The translations under genes were made by a program, and so were the position numbers. From Octopus vulgaris (Eukaryota), in contig OX597831.1 of assembly GCA_951406725.2 (NCBI GenBank), positions 54,684,001 to 54,748,000 of the forward strand: a stretch of 64,000 bases of DNA, written 5' to 3'. The notes under the pieces are model-generated. The model was not told the origin of the DNA and did not search any database. It saw nothing but the letters and a program-made list of their open reading frames with translations. Shown piece after piece: positions 39,355-52,191 of this stretch (positions within the stretch are counted from its first letter, which is position 1; each line of letters begins with the position of its first letter).

Positions 39355-40195
39355 AACCTTTCACTATCATGATTCTGTTCAAATACACTTCCTTTGCCTC
39401 ATCTAATTTTTAAAATAATGAAGAATTTAGTAAACTAACTGTGACTAGCAGGACCTGTGAAAATTCCACAGTGTAAGCCAGCATATTTAAGAACATTATG
39501 TTATTATATTAAACACAAGCAAGGAAATACAAAGAAATTCTGTTGAAATCCTATCATTTAATCGAAACTCTACTTTCAAATATAATTGAAATGAACTTAG
39601 AAGGTATTGCTTATTTTCCTTCTTTTAATATGTTTGACAGATATGATGTACTTCACAGTTTATGGAATAAAAGATGAATTAAAATGATAAAACATGTTTG
39701 TGTGTGTGTGTGTGTGTGTGTATAAAACTGCACTTTTCACTGTCCAACCACCACCACGGTTCAGTCAAAGTTATTAACCAATTGAGATTATTTTCATTTC
39801 TTTTCAGTTCAGTTCAGCTACATATATGCTTGTATATCTATTAATATATATCTCTCTCTCTCTGAACATCTGTTGATATATCTGTAGACTCACCTACCTA
39901 CCTACCCCTCCTCTCTCTTAGTCTTCCCTTCTTCCCTGTCTGTTTCTCTCTCACTATATATATATATATATATATATATAGTTCTCCATTAGAGTTATTA
40001 GCTCCCTTGGCATAAGTACAACACATGGACAAAACAGACTAGAATGCATAGAATAATTTAATTGTTAAGCAGATATTTGGAACATAAACTAACATGAAAT
40101 TTTGATGGAAAGTTATTATTTAGATCACTTTAAAGCAAGAAGATTGTATCATAGACCCAGGAGTGGTCTCAGGCAGGGTGGTATCAAAAGGATTC
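39355..40195. mobile_element. Old piggyBac-type MITE (12917 family) split by a Helitron-like insertion
   Basis: Left part aagaatttagtaaa and right part ggaacataaa...gatggaaag...ggtatcaaaagg match 12917-13120; the insert's minus strand ends in hairpin ctgtggaattttcacag followed by CTAG|T at about 39444. Confidence 0.5.
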
Positions 40196-40574
40196 AATAT
40201 TCTTTGCAAATCCAACTTGGTTCTCTTTTTGTTTGTCTTTAACAGACTGAGAGAGTGAGCATCATGTTTTTTTTTAAAACTCTCATTGCTCTCTTTATTG
40301 TCATACACACATGCTTATTCTTTATTGATATAATTTAAGTAAAAGCAACATTAGTTAATTCACATTACTCTGCAAAAAGCATAGGGCTGGTTTCCCAGTT
40401 TCTCTGAGATATATATTCCTCTCTGGATGGGATGCTAGTCCATCTCAGGATTACTCATTTTTACCAGCTGAGCGGACTGTAACATACTGGATAAATAATT
40501 CTCTTTATATTTACATGTCTTAGTTCCTTTTTTTTTTGGTGCTTTTTTATTGCTTAATGCTACTTTGTAGTATC

Positions 40575-40957
40575 TTTTGTCTTTTACTTGTTTGGGTCAT
40601 TAGGCTGTGGCCATGCTGGGGCACTGCCCTATGACATTTTAGTCGAACAAATTGACCCGAGTATATACTTATTTCTTTTTCTTTAAGCCTGGTACTTATT
40701 CTATCAGTCTCTTTTGCCAAACTACTAAGTTATGGGGACATAAACACACCAACACCAGTTATCAAGCAGTGATAGTGGTGGTGGTGGGGGGGACAAACAC
40801 ACACACATATGAAGGACTTCTTACAGTTTCAGTCTACCAATTCCACTCACAAGGTTTTGGTTGGCCTGAAGCTATAGTAGAAGACATTTGCCCAAGGGAT
40901 TGAACTAGGAACCATATAGTTGGGAAGCAAGCTTCTTATCACACAGCTACACCTGCA
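40575..40957 (-). mobile_element. SINE family C
   Basis: Reverse complement of the full family C structure. Confidence 0.85.
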
Positions 40958-41149
40958 CTTAGTACAACTTCTAGATTTTCTGTCCCATTAAAGATCTATT
41001 AGATTGCACATTGAGGTTATCATATTCTAACAAAAACCCTTTCCTTTTGTCTTGGCTCAATAAACATTTGCTGAACTATATATGCAGTGCTTTAAGTATA
41101 TGTCAAATACCTGCTATTGCTGCTTTTTAAATGGTAAATTTCATTTCAA

Positions 41150-41835
41150 AAATTGAAATGAGGAACTATCTTTTTTATCATATTCACTGATATATTCAGG
41201 CTAGTGTTCTCATCTTGATTGTTATATTCACAATGTATCTGACAGCAACTGTTTTTACCAGCTTTCTTCGTGTGATTGTTTTTATTTGGTAATGTTCTTG
41301 AAAATTGAATCCAAACCTTTTGATAACTCCACACACTAGACTGCTCTCATTCCAGGGAAATTCTGATTAGTTATTCTACTAATTGTGATGCTATAATAGC
41401 TCGACTAACTTGGAGCATTGAACTCACTCCTAATACCTAAACTACTTTGCTTAACACTTGACTATATTTACTATCCTTATTCAACAATAGGAATAGTGAA
41501 TATAAGCATTAATTAATTGTTAAGTGTAATAGGTTAGTTATTTGGTAGGAGTTCAGTTTCTCAGTTAGTCAAGCTATAGATATTCTGGATGAAGCAGAAC
41601 AAACTAAGAACATCACAAGTAGCAGAATAACTAAGAAGGAAAACAGCACTGATAAAAACAATAAAGTAAGAAAAGTTTATCCTCATCACATTATTAAAGG
41701 GTTTTCATCCAAATTCTGAGAATATTATCAAATTCAACAGGCACCTGAAAAATGATGGAAAGGACAATGGCCAAAATATTGTGACTACAACAACCAAGAT
41801 GTGGACAGTGGTCCTTATATATATATATCAGTGTA
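41150..41835. repeat. Inverted pair of about 175-nt repeat units with decayed hammerhead-like cores
   Basis: The reverse complement of 41160-41330 aligns with 41690-41835 (attgtga.ta.aacaa.caagatg...atatatcagtg). Confidence 0.6.
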
Positions 41836-42259
41836 TTATTTTTAAATAATGTATGTATGAGTCATTGGATGTTGTGTATATATTTATGCGTATATTATCC
41901 TTTTTTATCAATTTCAGTTTTTATTATTGTTTGTTTATGTTCATGCATGTCATAAAGTTGCGGTAAGTTTGTGTTCAACCAAATTGTCAGCAGCTTCTTT
42001 GATTTCAATTTCCAACTGAAACATATACAATTGTAGAACTAATATTCTTGAGGAAAACACAAACATCACAACATCTTGTTTATATCATCAATATTCTGAG
42101 AGAAAAGATAACCATCACAACTTCCCCACTTCCACCCCTTGTAACTATGAAATGCTATTTATTTTTATAAAGAATTTTTTGTTTGTCTGTTAGTTTGTTT
42201 CTTTGTATAAAATTTTCTAATAAATCAAAAACTACTGATTTTTTTTTTTTTCTTTCCAG

Positions 42260-42456
42260 ACTCATTTATAGGCAGCTGTGATTATTCCTGTGTGTACCCT
42301 GGTGAAAAATGGGCGGCCAACAGTCTGCAGTCATTCTGTGATGTTGTCATGCAGGTTACTAATTCACCAACCAACAGAGCAGCAGCTGCGGCAGCAACAC
42401 TCTCAGACAAAGACACTGAAGATGAATCTGATATGGTTACAACACCACAGAGTTGA
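42260..42456 (+). CDS. Terminal coding exon (D)SFIGSCDYSCVYPGEKWAANSLQSFCDVVMQVTNSPTNRAAAAAATLSDKDTEDESDMVTTPQS*
   Basis: Long T tract plus tctttccag acceptor; 64-codon GC-richer open frame in phase 1; tandem TGA TGA. The ORF track misses this frame. Confidence 0.72.
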
Positions 42457-44385
42457 TGAGTTGATTGCAACAGTAGCATGTGACTGTTTGATATTTTAAT
42501 TTCCATCTACTTTCTGCCATCAACCTCATTCAGATTTCTCTCTCTCCTCGCTACCAATTTATCTATCTGTCTGTCTGTCTATCTATCTTTCTCTCTCTCT
42601 CTCTCTATCTATCTGTCTATCAGTCTCTCCAGTAAAATTACCAATCAGAAACAACTGCTCCTGAAATGGATTATCCTATTAGCATATATGACTAAGCTGC
42701 CTTTGACTTGGTTAACAGACTTGCTACCCAAGTTTCAGGTTGACTCAACAACAGCAACAGCAATTGCAGAAACCACAGCAAATATAGTAACCATTGTTAG
42801 ACAAATTACTGTAATTTCTCTCGTCAGACCACTTTTACTATTATTGACAAACGCAATGGCAACCCAGCCAAATGAAGTACTAAACACTTTGTTTCCTCAA
42901 GTGTTGTGAGATCCTCCTCTGCTGCAGGCAGGCATTGTGTTGCAAGATAATTACTTCTACTTGCTGCTTTTCAAAACAAAACAAAACAAAAAGACAAAAA
43001 AAAAAAACAAAAAAAAACATGGGAAAAAGTTAAAAAAAGGCATGTTGGCTAATTGATTAATTAATTAATTGATAAATCGTCATTACTAGTCTTTATTCGG
43101 TAAATCTATTGATAATTTGCTCACACATACATGATCTTTCTAGAAATGTTTAAAAGAAGTAGTATCTTGTTAAGTTATTTTTTAACCAAAAAAACAAAAA
43201 GAAAAAAAAGAAAAGAAAAAAGTTGTTTTTTTTGAAGAATTTATAATATTTCTTCATAGATGGATTACATCAATAATTGAATGACTTTAATCATGAAAGC
43301 TTACAGAACAACTTCTTTTGGTGAAGATTCTTTCTCTCTCTTCTCTTCTTAGTAAGCCTCCTACTTAGATCATTTACATCTGGTCGATCTTTTAGAAGTT
43401 CTTTATAGTGATATCAATTCAGATTAGGGCCAAGGTTAGTGCCAACCTGTGTTGCACAACATACCTTTCATTGTCCTGTAGAATTCTTGTCTGGGCTTTC
43501 CTGTGGGGTTAGCCTTCTTACATTGTTGAATAATACACACACACATACACATACCCACAGACAAATCTCATGGTTTCTAGCACTTTTGTCTTTTCCTACA
43601 ACCATAATCTATAGAAGAGAAAAATCTGTTTTGCTCAGTTTGTCCAATTAGTGTTAAATGGCATCATACTGTATAGATGAATTCTGAATGAAGGTTGTTA
43701 GCAACACTCACGGCCAATGAACCCATTTTCTGAAGGTGTTGCCCTTATCTTGAAAAAAAAAAAAATATATATAAAATAAAAACCAATATACATACACACA
43801 AAAATACAAATCTGATGAGAGACTAGACAGAAAACAAAAGCAAAAAAAAACAAACAAAAGCAAACCAGTGCTTAGACAGATACACTTTGTAGAAATGGGC
43901 CCTAAAAAAAGAAGATAATAAATTTTGAAAAAATCATGAAATGACGTAAAAAGAAATAAACACAAAAATAAAAATATATAAATAAATAAATAACTAGTTT
44001 CAATTTTCTTACAGGTTTTAATCCTGGTCTTGTTATTAGATTGGTTTAAATGAGAATTTAAAAAGAAAAAAAAAAAACCAAAAAAAAAAAAAAATGAAAA
44101 CGAACAAAAAAGCAAAAACTAATCTGGTTTGCCTTTCGCCTTTTTTTTTTTGTGTTGAACTCGATTCCTTCAGCTGCAAGTCATTCAGAACGGAAGAAAA
44201 AAAAAGAAAAATAATAACAGTCTTTCTTTCTTTCTTTCTTTTTTTTTCCTTTTTTTTTTCCCTCCTTCTTAATTTTTAAGGAAAATTATTATTTCTGATA
44301 ATGATGGTGACACCTTTGCAGGCAGTTTGGTAAGTGTGTGCACATGCAGACACACAGACAGGCAGACACACACGCATGCACACAT

Positions 44386-44416
<31 letters not shown>

Positions 44417-46850
44417 TTGACATGCGTAAATGTGCATATGCACACGAGCTTAACATTGCATTGGAAATTGCTTAAATGTGATGATTCTGTTATCATTACT
44501 GGTGTATACATGTGTATTTGTGTGTGTGTATGTGCATACATGTGTGTGTGTGTGTGCATATGTCATGTATGTGTGTATCTATCTGCATAAATATGTATAT
44601 ATTAATACGTGTGTGTGTGTAAAATCTCTTTTGTATTATACCTTCTTCAGTAAATTCTCAACAGAATTCTCCTTTAAATGAATTGTTAAAATATTGGATT
44701 TCTGTCCTGTTCTGCTGTTAATGAATGAATGAATGAGTGTGTGTGTGTGTGTGTGTGCATGTGTTAGCACATGAAGAAAAATGTTAACATTTTAATATAA
44801 GATACAAAATACTTAGTGGCAAATTGAATGTTTAAACTTTGAACTTTGGGTTACTCTCTCATACTCTAGCTTAATACCTAGCATTCTGGGTTACTGCTTA
44901 GTACAATAGGTTTACTGACTAGCACACTGGGTTACTGCCTAGTGCACTAAGCTACTACCTGACACACTAAGTTACTATCAAGCATACTAGGTTACTGCCC
45001 AGTACACTGTGTTATATCTTAATACTCTGAGTACTAGGATATCACACTACAGTACAACCTAGTGTTTAGGCTATTATATAGTACTCTGGTCATTACCAAA
45101 TAAAGTAGGTTACTACCAAGCACACTAGGTTTCTATCTAGTACACTGGGTTACTGCCTAGTACTCTGAGGATTATGCCTAGTACTTGGATTATTCTCTAG
45201 TACTTTGATTTACAGCCTAGTACTCTGGGAGTTACCGCCCAGTTCTCTGCGGCATTCTCCTTGCCATTGTTGCTATTGCTTAAACTGGTATTCTGATATT
45301 TATATTCCAAAAAATCTAAAAGATTATTAAAACATAATAAATATTTTTTAGTTGGAGGGCAAATGTATTTTTTGTTATTTAGCTTTTTTTTTTATTTAAT
45401 TTATTTATGAATTTTTTTTTTTTTACAAAAACAAAAAAATCAGTATGTTTAATAATTAATAATGATGATGATGGTAATAATAATAATGATAATAATAATA
45501 ATAATGATGATGATTAATAATGTGACACTGCTTTCTCTTGTGTCTCCATGGTGATCTTCAATATATCACCTTAAGGGGACCTGATATTGCAAGTGTAGAT
45601 CCACCTGTGGGCTGTGACAATTTTTCAGTGTTGTGTTGTGGCTTTTTTGTTGCCACTTGTTAGCTGTTTAAAGTGCCATCTGGTGTTTACAGTAGTTCAC
45701 TGACAACATCATATCTTTCTGTCCATTGTTTTACCTCTGCCAATTGTCCTTAGAACATATGAGTGGTAGAGAAGAATAAATGAATAAATAAATATATAAA
45801 TAAAAAAATATATATATATATATAAAAATATATATATATATATATATATGTAAAATAAGCCACTGGTTATCTACCACAAAAAAAAAAAAAAACAATAAAA
45901 ATAGTCGAAAAAATATCTAAGCAACCAACTGTTTAGCAATCTCTCTCTCTTTCACACTCTCTCTCTCTTTCTCTCTCTCTCATACATACATACACACACA
46001 GTTCCAATGAAAGAGTCTTGTTTTTGAGTTAGAAAACAGCTCTTTCTCTTTTGGGGGAGATTTTTGAGAAATACAGCCTCACACACACACAGATACATAC
46101 ACAAACATGCATACATCTATGTATGCACACAATACATGCTCTCTGCAATTCAAAAGAGTTGGTTGCTAGAATTGTGGCATTTCTTCTGGCTTTGTAACGC
46201 CTTGATGTTCAGTAAGAATTTTCATTCAGTGTGCACCAGCTAGAAGGGTAAATTTGTACTGTAAAGAAGAAAAGGAAAAAACAAAACAAAACAAAACAAA
46301 AACAGAATTGACATAAAGTTTTCTTCTCCTCCCTCTCCTTCCACCCTTTTTATGTTTATTATTATTTTTTTGATAAAAAAAAATAACTAACGTGGCTGTT
46401 GACAATATTTTTTAATTTTGTATAATTTCAATTCTTAGTTTTTTTTTTCCCCCTTGTCCCACCCTCCCCTCTTTCCTTTGTTATCTCCCCTGTGCTTCTC
46501 TCCTAGTGAAGGGAATAACTAGCTGTTCCTTCTTTGTGAGACAACAGTAGATTTTCCTGGCTCTTCTTTCATCAGAGCTTTCTTCCTCTACTGCTGGCTA
46601 TACAGACTGTCTGTCTAGTCAGATAGGTTGAATAAATGCTTTTCAAAGCAGTTATGGAGCTACGGTTTTTCTTTATGAATTAACTCTACAATCCAGTTTA
46701 CCGAACAGGCAAGCTAGCCAGCTTTCTGTCCAGCAGTTTCAGTCAATTCCATTGTATGTAAATTATGTACCTCAAGTTATATCTTGACAATTTCAACATT
46801 TTTTCACATTTTAAAATTGAATAAATTTACTTACTTATGATGGTAACATG
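42457..46850 (+). other. Putative long 3' UTR
   Basis: About 4.4 kb with no recognisable SINE or TE, rich in A and U tracts; AATAAA at 45775 and 46820 among others. Confidence 0.5.
44840..45250. repeat. Diverged 20-bp tandem repeat
   Basis: gttactgcctagtacactgg-like unit, about 20 copies. Confidence 0.85.
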
Positions 46851-47115
46851 TTTTGTTATCTTTGTATGCTATATATTAACGACAGCCACACTATAGCTCT
46901 TGAACCAGAAGCAGTTCTCAAAATTTACATCTGACTCCTGAGATAAAACTGGGTTTCAGTGGTATTTTTCTTAAATTAGCTTTAACATCCTACCAGCCAG
47001 ATTGTAAAACAAACTGCAAAAAAAAAAAAAACTCAAATCAAAGCCTTCATCAAGCAGAGATTAATCAATCTATTTTATAATAATAATAATAATAATAATG
47101 AAATTATTGTATACA

Positions 47116-47265
47116 GGTTTTTATGGCTGGATGCCTAGGAAAGGCATCCAGCCATAAAAACCAAGTCAAAACAGACTGGTGCCTGGTGCAGCTTTCCAGT
47201 CTACCAGTTCCAGTCAAACTGTCTAACCCATGCCAGCATGGAAAATGGACCATGAATGGTGATGA
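47116..47265 (+). mobile_element. SINE family D 3' part with an inverted 5' end
   Basis: Perfect 21-bp inverted repeat at 47116-47162, then normal family D sequence. Confidence 0.8.
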
Positions 47266-47599
47266 CAATACATACATACATACATACATATGTATATAGG
47301 CAGTAAAAAACTGTAAGAAAGGTTCTGGGGAGAGTTGAACAACAGATCTTCAAAGAAGCCCCACCCACTCATGCAAGTGTTTCAGCCCTTGACTCCTTGC
47401 ATACAAAGGATGCTAGGCTACATCCAGGTTATGCCTCCTGAACATCCCTCTCCTGCCACTTTCTGTGTTACTATCTGCATGGCAAACCTTTCAGGTGATG
47501 TAGATATCCCAGAGCCAAGGTACCTTGAGTGTTATAACCAATTCAGTTTGAGACACCAGTTGACTGCAGGGTATGTATTTATATGAGTGTGTTTCCTGC

Positions 47600-48073
47600 A
47601 CCAGCTTCTCATAGAAGCCACAGCCCATCCAAAGTACCTTGGATCACAGGACGGCCTGCTGTGCTTACCTTGGATCATAGGGCAACCTGCTGATCTTGAG
47701 GGGACCTATTGAGTCAAGTACATCAACATCAAAAATGAAATGGAAATTGTAGTTGTGATACCTGTGCCGGTGGCACATAAAAAGCACCATCCGAACATGG
47801 CCGATGCCAGTGCTGCCTTGACTGGCTTCCGTGCCGGTGGCATGTAAAAAGCACCAACCAATTGTGGCCATTGCCAGCCTCCCCTGCCACCTGTGCTGGT
47901 GGCACATAAAAAGCACCCACTACACTCACAGTGGTTGGTGCTAGGAAGGGCATCCAGCTGTAGAAACTCTGCCAGATCAGACTGGAGCCTGGTGCAGCCT
48001 CCTGGCTTCCCAGTCCCCAGTCGAACCATCCAACCCATGCTAGCATGGTAAACGGATGTTAAACGATGATGAT
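47600..48073 (+). mobile_element. Long SINE family D copy with internal repeats
   Basis: Three gtgccggtggcac.taaaaagcacc modules followed by the family D 3' end. Confidence 0.85.
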
Positions 48074-48074
48074 G

Positions 48075-49605
48075 TGTGTGTGTTATTAGAAAGTTTCTGC
48101 ACTTCCCATACTGTGACTTTAATGTTCAATTGATATCCATTGGTAGCCTGCCTACTGAGTCAGTCTACATCATCATCATATAATGTCTGTTTTATGATGA
48201 TGCTGTAGACTGACATTGTAGTCATACATGGGCTTCATTTATCTCGCCCTGTTCACATATTACAGATAACTTGCATCAGAAAGTTCCCTGATAGCTCACA
48301 AATTCAAGCAACTTGTCCCATCAGATTTTGCATGGAGCCCAGCCTTCAGAATGCTTCACCAGGCTTTGACAAACATTGTTTGGGTTGAATGCAGGCTTTT
48401 GAGTAACAGGTATGTCCTAAGGCTGATTGAGTGTCAGTTGAAGGTGACCATCATCATCATCATCATTATCCGCATCATTGTTTTAATTTTCACTTTTCCA
48501 TGTCTGCTTGATGGTGACACTCATCACATGATGCCAAGGCAAGGAGATAGTAACACACATACACACCACACCACACAATGGGCTTCATTCAGTTTCCATG
48601 TGCCAATTCCTCTTACAAGGCTTTGGTGAGCCTGGGACTATAGTCGGACTGAACCTGAAACCATGTTGTTTGAAAGCAAACTTCTTACCAGACAGTCAAG
48701 CCTGCAACCATTCACTTGCAAAACGCCAAAACATGCAGGAAGCCATTACCTCATCATTGAACTATCCATCAGTTCTCTTAGACCATTATATACTTTGGAT
48801 GTATGAAAACCTTGGAATGTACTTTCTCGGATAATATCACGTCATCATTGAATTATGGTTAAAATTATAAGTAGTAGACCAGAAAAAATGAGGGAATTTT
48901 CATAGTAAAATTTCAGTTATGAAATCTGCCAGGAAGTTATCATAGAAAATCAGAACATTACGTTACTGCTTGCGAAATGTCTCCCACCATTTTCTTGACT
49001 ATCAAAAGCAGCAGCAGCTTGCTTTGTACCTTCAGCTTTTTAAGAAGCTTAACAACTACCAACTTTCATTTTGAGAATCATCTTGAACAATAAAAGTCAA
49101 GTTTATGGCTATGATCCAAAAACAAAACATCAGTCAGAACAGTAAAAAAAAAAAAAACTCTGAGTCACTGAGATCAAGGAAAGCGAAGCAGGTCTGAAGA
49201 GTGACTAGAAAGAAACTCATGCTGTTTTCTTTCTCCATATCAAGGACATCATTGACTAAGAATTTGTTGAATTCTGATTATACCTGCATTACTATTACTA
49301 CTTGAGAGATGATGTGTGAGGAAAAAACGGGTATTTTGATACAACGGCATCATGACAACACGCCTCATTACACCTCCCTCAAAACAATGCAGAATTTGAG
49401 AGAGAAATATGATAGTCATATTACACCCTCTGTTTTAACCTGACATAACCCTTTCTGACTTTGTCATACTTCCCATAATGAAATTGAAGTTGAAGGTGTA
49501 GTTTCATGACAGTTGAAATTCAAATGCTTTCATAGGCTGTATTGAATATTGAAGGGTGGAATGAGTGTACCGTTTAGACATGGTCTGCAAATTTTGGAAT
49601 CACAC
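48075..49605 (+). mobile_element. Mariner fossil interrupted by a family C SINE (48500-48705, -)
   Basis: RMLHQAL N-terminus; VYGYDPKTKHQS; HHDNTPHYTS; PDITLSDFVILPIMKLKLK; TIR-like ends. Confidence 0.75.
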
Positions 49606-49749
49606 ACACACATACACACACATGTACCTATACTTGCATGTGTAATGTTTGTATATATGTGTGATGTTTGCATATATATAAACTTGATTGTCCAGGGCAC
49701 TTTGTATCAATAATTAAATCATTTCATGATGGGATGGAGGCATGGCTTA

Positions 49750-50455
49750 ATGTTGGTGGTGGCATAGTGGGACCCATTCCTGTAAAGAATGGTGTCAAGT
49801 AAGATGACATACTTGCCCTAACTTTCTTTTTCCTGTATTATGCTGTGGATTGCTCCTCTAGAATATATGTGAGGTACCTATCTTCTGATCATCTTTTCGG
49901 CTTGTGTTGATTTGCTGCCCATTTGAAAGTTTTCAGTCTCTTATTTGCAACCTTCTTTATGTGTATGATTGCGATTTAGCTGCTCATACAGTTGAAGATA
50001 TGCAAATTCTCATGGATCATATTTCTGCATCTTGAAAGGCATTTGGACTCGGTATTAGCCTGGACAAGACTATTGTAATATTCCAGTCTGTGCCATATGT
50101 GAAACCATCTATCTTATTTGAAGGAACAGTAGTGAAAGTGGTAGACTAGTTTGTCTACCTGGGTAGCACATTCAGCACTTCTTGATCTTTGAATGATGAA
50201 ATAAATTTAAGGCTCTTCAGAGATTTTGTGTCTCATGTCTCGTCCAAACATGGCATCACAAGCTGAACAAAAGTTGCTGTGTACATTTTGTGTATGCTGG
50301 TATTGTGTTTTTTTTTCTTTCTCATGTGCGGCTTGGACCTTTTGCCGGCATCATGCAAAGGTTCTTGAATGTATTCATCAGAGATATCTGAGACACATTC
50401 TGAATGTAGGCTGGTCCTTGTGGACTCCAGATGGAAAAACCTCACATCTCTTTTA
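49750..50455 (+). mobile_element. RTE LINE reverse transcriptase fragment
   Basis: PIPVKNGVK, LLYVYDCDLAAHTVEDMQ, AFGLGISLDKT, FVYLGS, HQRYLRHILNV motifs. Confidence 0.85.
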
Positions 50456-51972
50456 AAGAAGTGTAACCAACAAAGAAATTGACTATTTATGCCACTTCAA
50501 ATGCAAAACTAGCAACTTTTATGGTTTACCTAAAATCCATAACTGCAAAATGATGTCTGTAAATCCTCAACAAACAAATGCATACAGCTAACATCTCCAG
50601 ATGATCTAAAATTGAAACTAATCATAGCAGGCCAGGCATGTGAAACACACAGACTCTGCAAGTTCTTGGACATCCTCCTAAAACCCTTCCTAAAACATAA
50701 TAAGAGCTACATTCGAGATGACCTAGACATGCTAAATCATCTGCCAAAAACGGTAAATAAACATCCGATTTTAACTCCATTTGACGTTGTCAACCTATAC
50801 ATCGACATTCCCCATGATCATGGAATAACTGCAATCCAATACTGGTTAGACACTCACCAATCTGAACTTCCAACACGTAAGAAAAAAAGAATATATCATT
50901 GATGGGCTCAGATTCATACTTGAAAGCAACTTTTTTACCTTCAACGGTTCAGATTACCGCCAAACATTAGGAACGATATAGCCCCCACATAAACCAACTT
51001 AGTCATGGGATTCCACGAATAAAAAATCTACAATTAATCTCTTCTTATATTTCGTGAGACGTTCCATACACAATTCAGAAACAATTGAAGATACCTGGAT
51101 AATTGCTTTATTTTATGGCAGGAAAATATTGACAAATTAACAGAATTCAAAAGCATGATAAACAACCCCAGCAATAACGTTCAATTCACAATTGATTTTA
51201 ATCCCAAAGAACTTGCCTTTCTGGATATCCTAATCAAAAACCAAGATGGGAAAATAGAAATGGATATATTCTGCAAACCCACCGACTCCAAACAGTACCT
51301 TCTTTTCACATCATGTCACCCGAAATGCACCAAACCTAACATTCCCTTCAATCTGGCAAAACGAATTTGTACCATAGTATCAGAACCACCCAAACGTGAA
51401 CATAGACTATAGGAACTGAAGGACACACTTATCCAAAGAGTCTTCCCTCCTGGCATAATCACCAACTGAATAAACAAGGCGAAACAAATGGATATCAATG
51501 AACTTAGGAAAACAAAAAAACGAAAGAAGGGAAAATGTCTTACTATTCGTGTCAACCTTCAACCTCAAGAACACCGAAATATTTGATCACATCCACATCT
51601 TATTTGCAGATGAGAAAAAATCTTAAGAAAACAACAAATCATCAAAAGCAAAAGGCAGCCCAAAACACTAAAACTCATTCTCACTGGAGCAAAAACACCC
51701 AAAGAAACCCCCAACCCAACGGTCATAAAATGAAGGAGAACAAAATGCGGCACTTGCCGTTACCTAATTGAGGGACCAGAATTTAAATTCAAAGATGGCC
51801 AAACTTTCAAAGTCAAGTCCTATCTCACCCGTAATACGAAAATCCTGATATACGTAATCACATGCAATGGTTGTCAACATAATTAAATAGGACAGACGAG
51901 TCGATTGTTACGCAACAGAATGATGATCCATCGCCAACAGATCCGAGACAAAAGCACAAAGAAAATTGGATC
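50456..51972 (+). mobile_element. Penelope-like element (RT plus GIY-YIG endonuclease), decayed
   Basis: FYGLPKIH, LDILLKP, FDVVNLY, RYLDNCF, FLDILI, KPTDSKQYL..SCHP..NIPFNLAKRI, CGTC, IYVITCNGC...IGQT...RNRM..HRQQI. Confidence 0.92.
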
Positions 51973-52177
51973 TAGTCTTTTTCATTCGTAAAATGAGCCC
52001 CCCTTAATTTTGCTCAGATTGCTTTCAATTTTGGTGTATCGATGCAACTCTGAATTTTAATTACGATTAACCAATCACTTTATCTCGTAAATTAAAGAAT
52101 CTGATGTTATTAGGAATTAAAGTTGGGAATTTTGGGTAATTTTAGCCGATCAACAGACAGCAAGACATTAACAGATT

Positions 52178-52191
52178 GTTACCATGACAAC
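52178..52191. promoter_or_regulatory. RFX X-box motif GTTACCATGACAAC
   Basis: Matches GTHNYYATRRNAAC in CpG-retaining unique DNA. Confidence 0.45.

Noticed and set aside
8760-42456. Assigning a gene symbol to the exons
   Set aside because: The peptides are low-conservation C-terminal tails and I do not recognise a family; a homology search is required
42278-42909. ORF track entries 42278-42499, 42282-42506 and 42688-42909
   Set aside because: The first two are off-frame or antisense to the better spliced frame; the third lies in the presumed UTR and has no support
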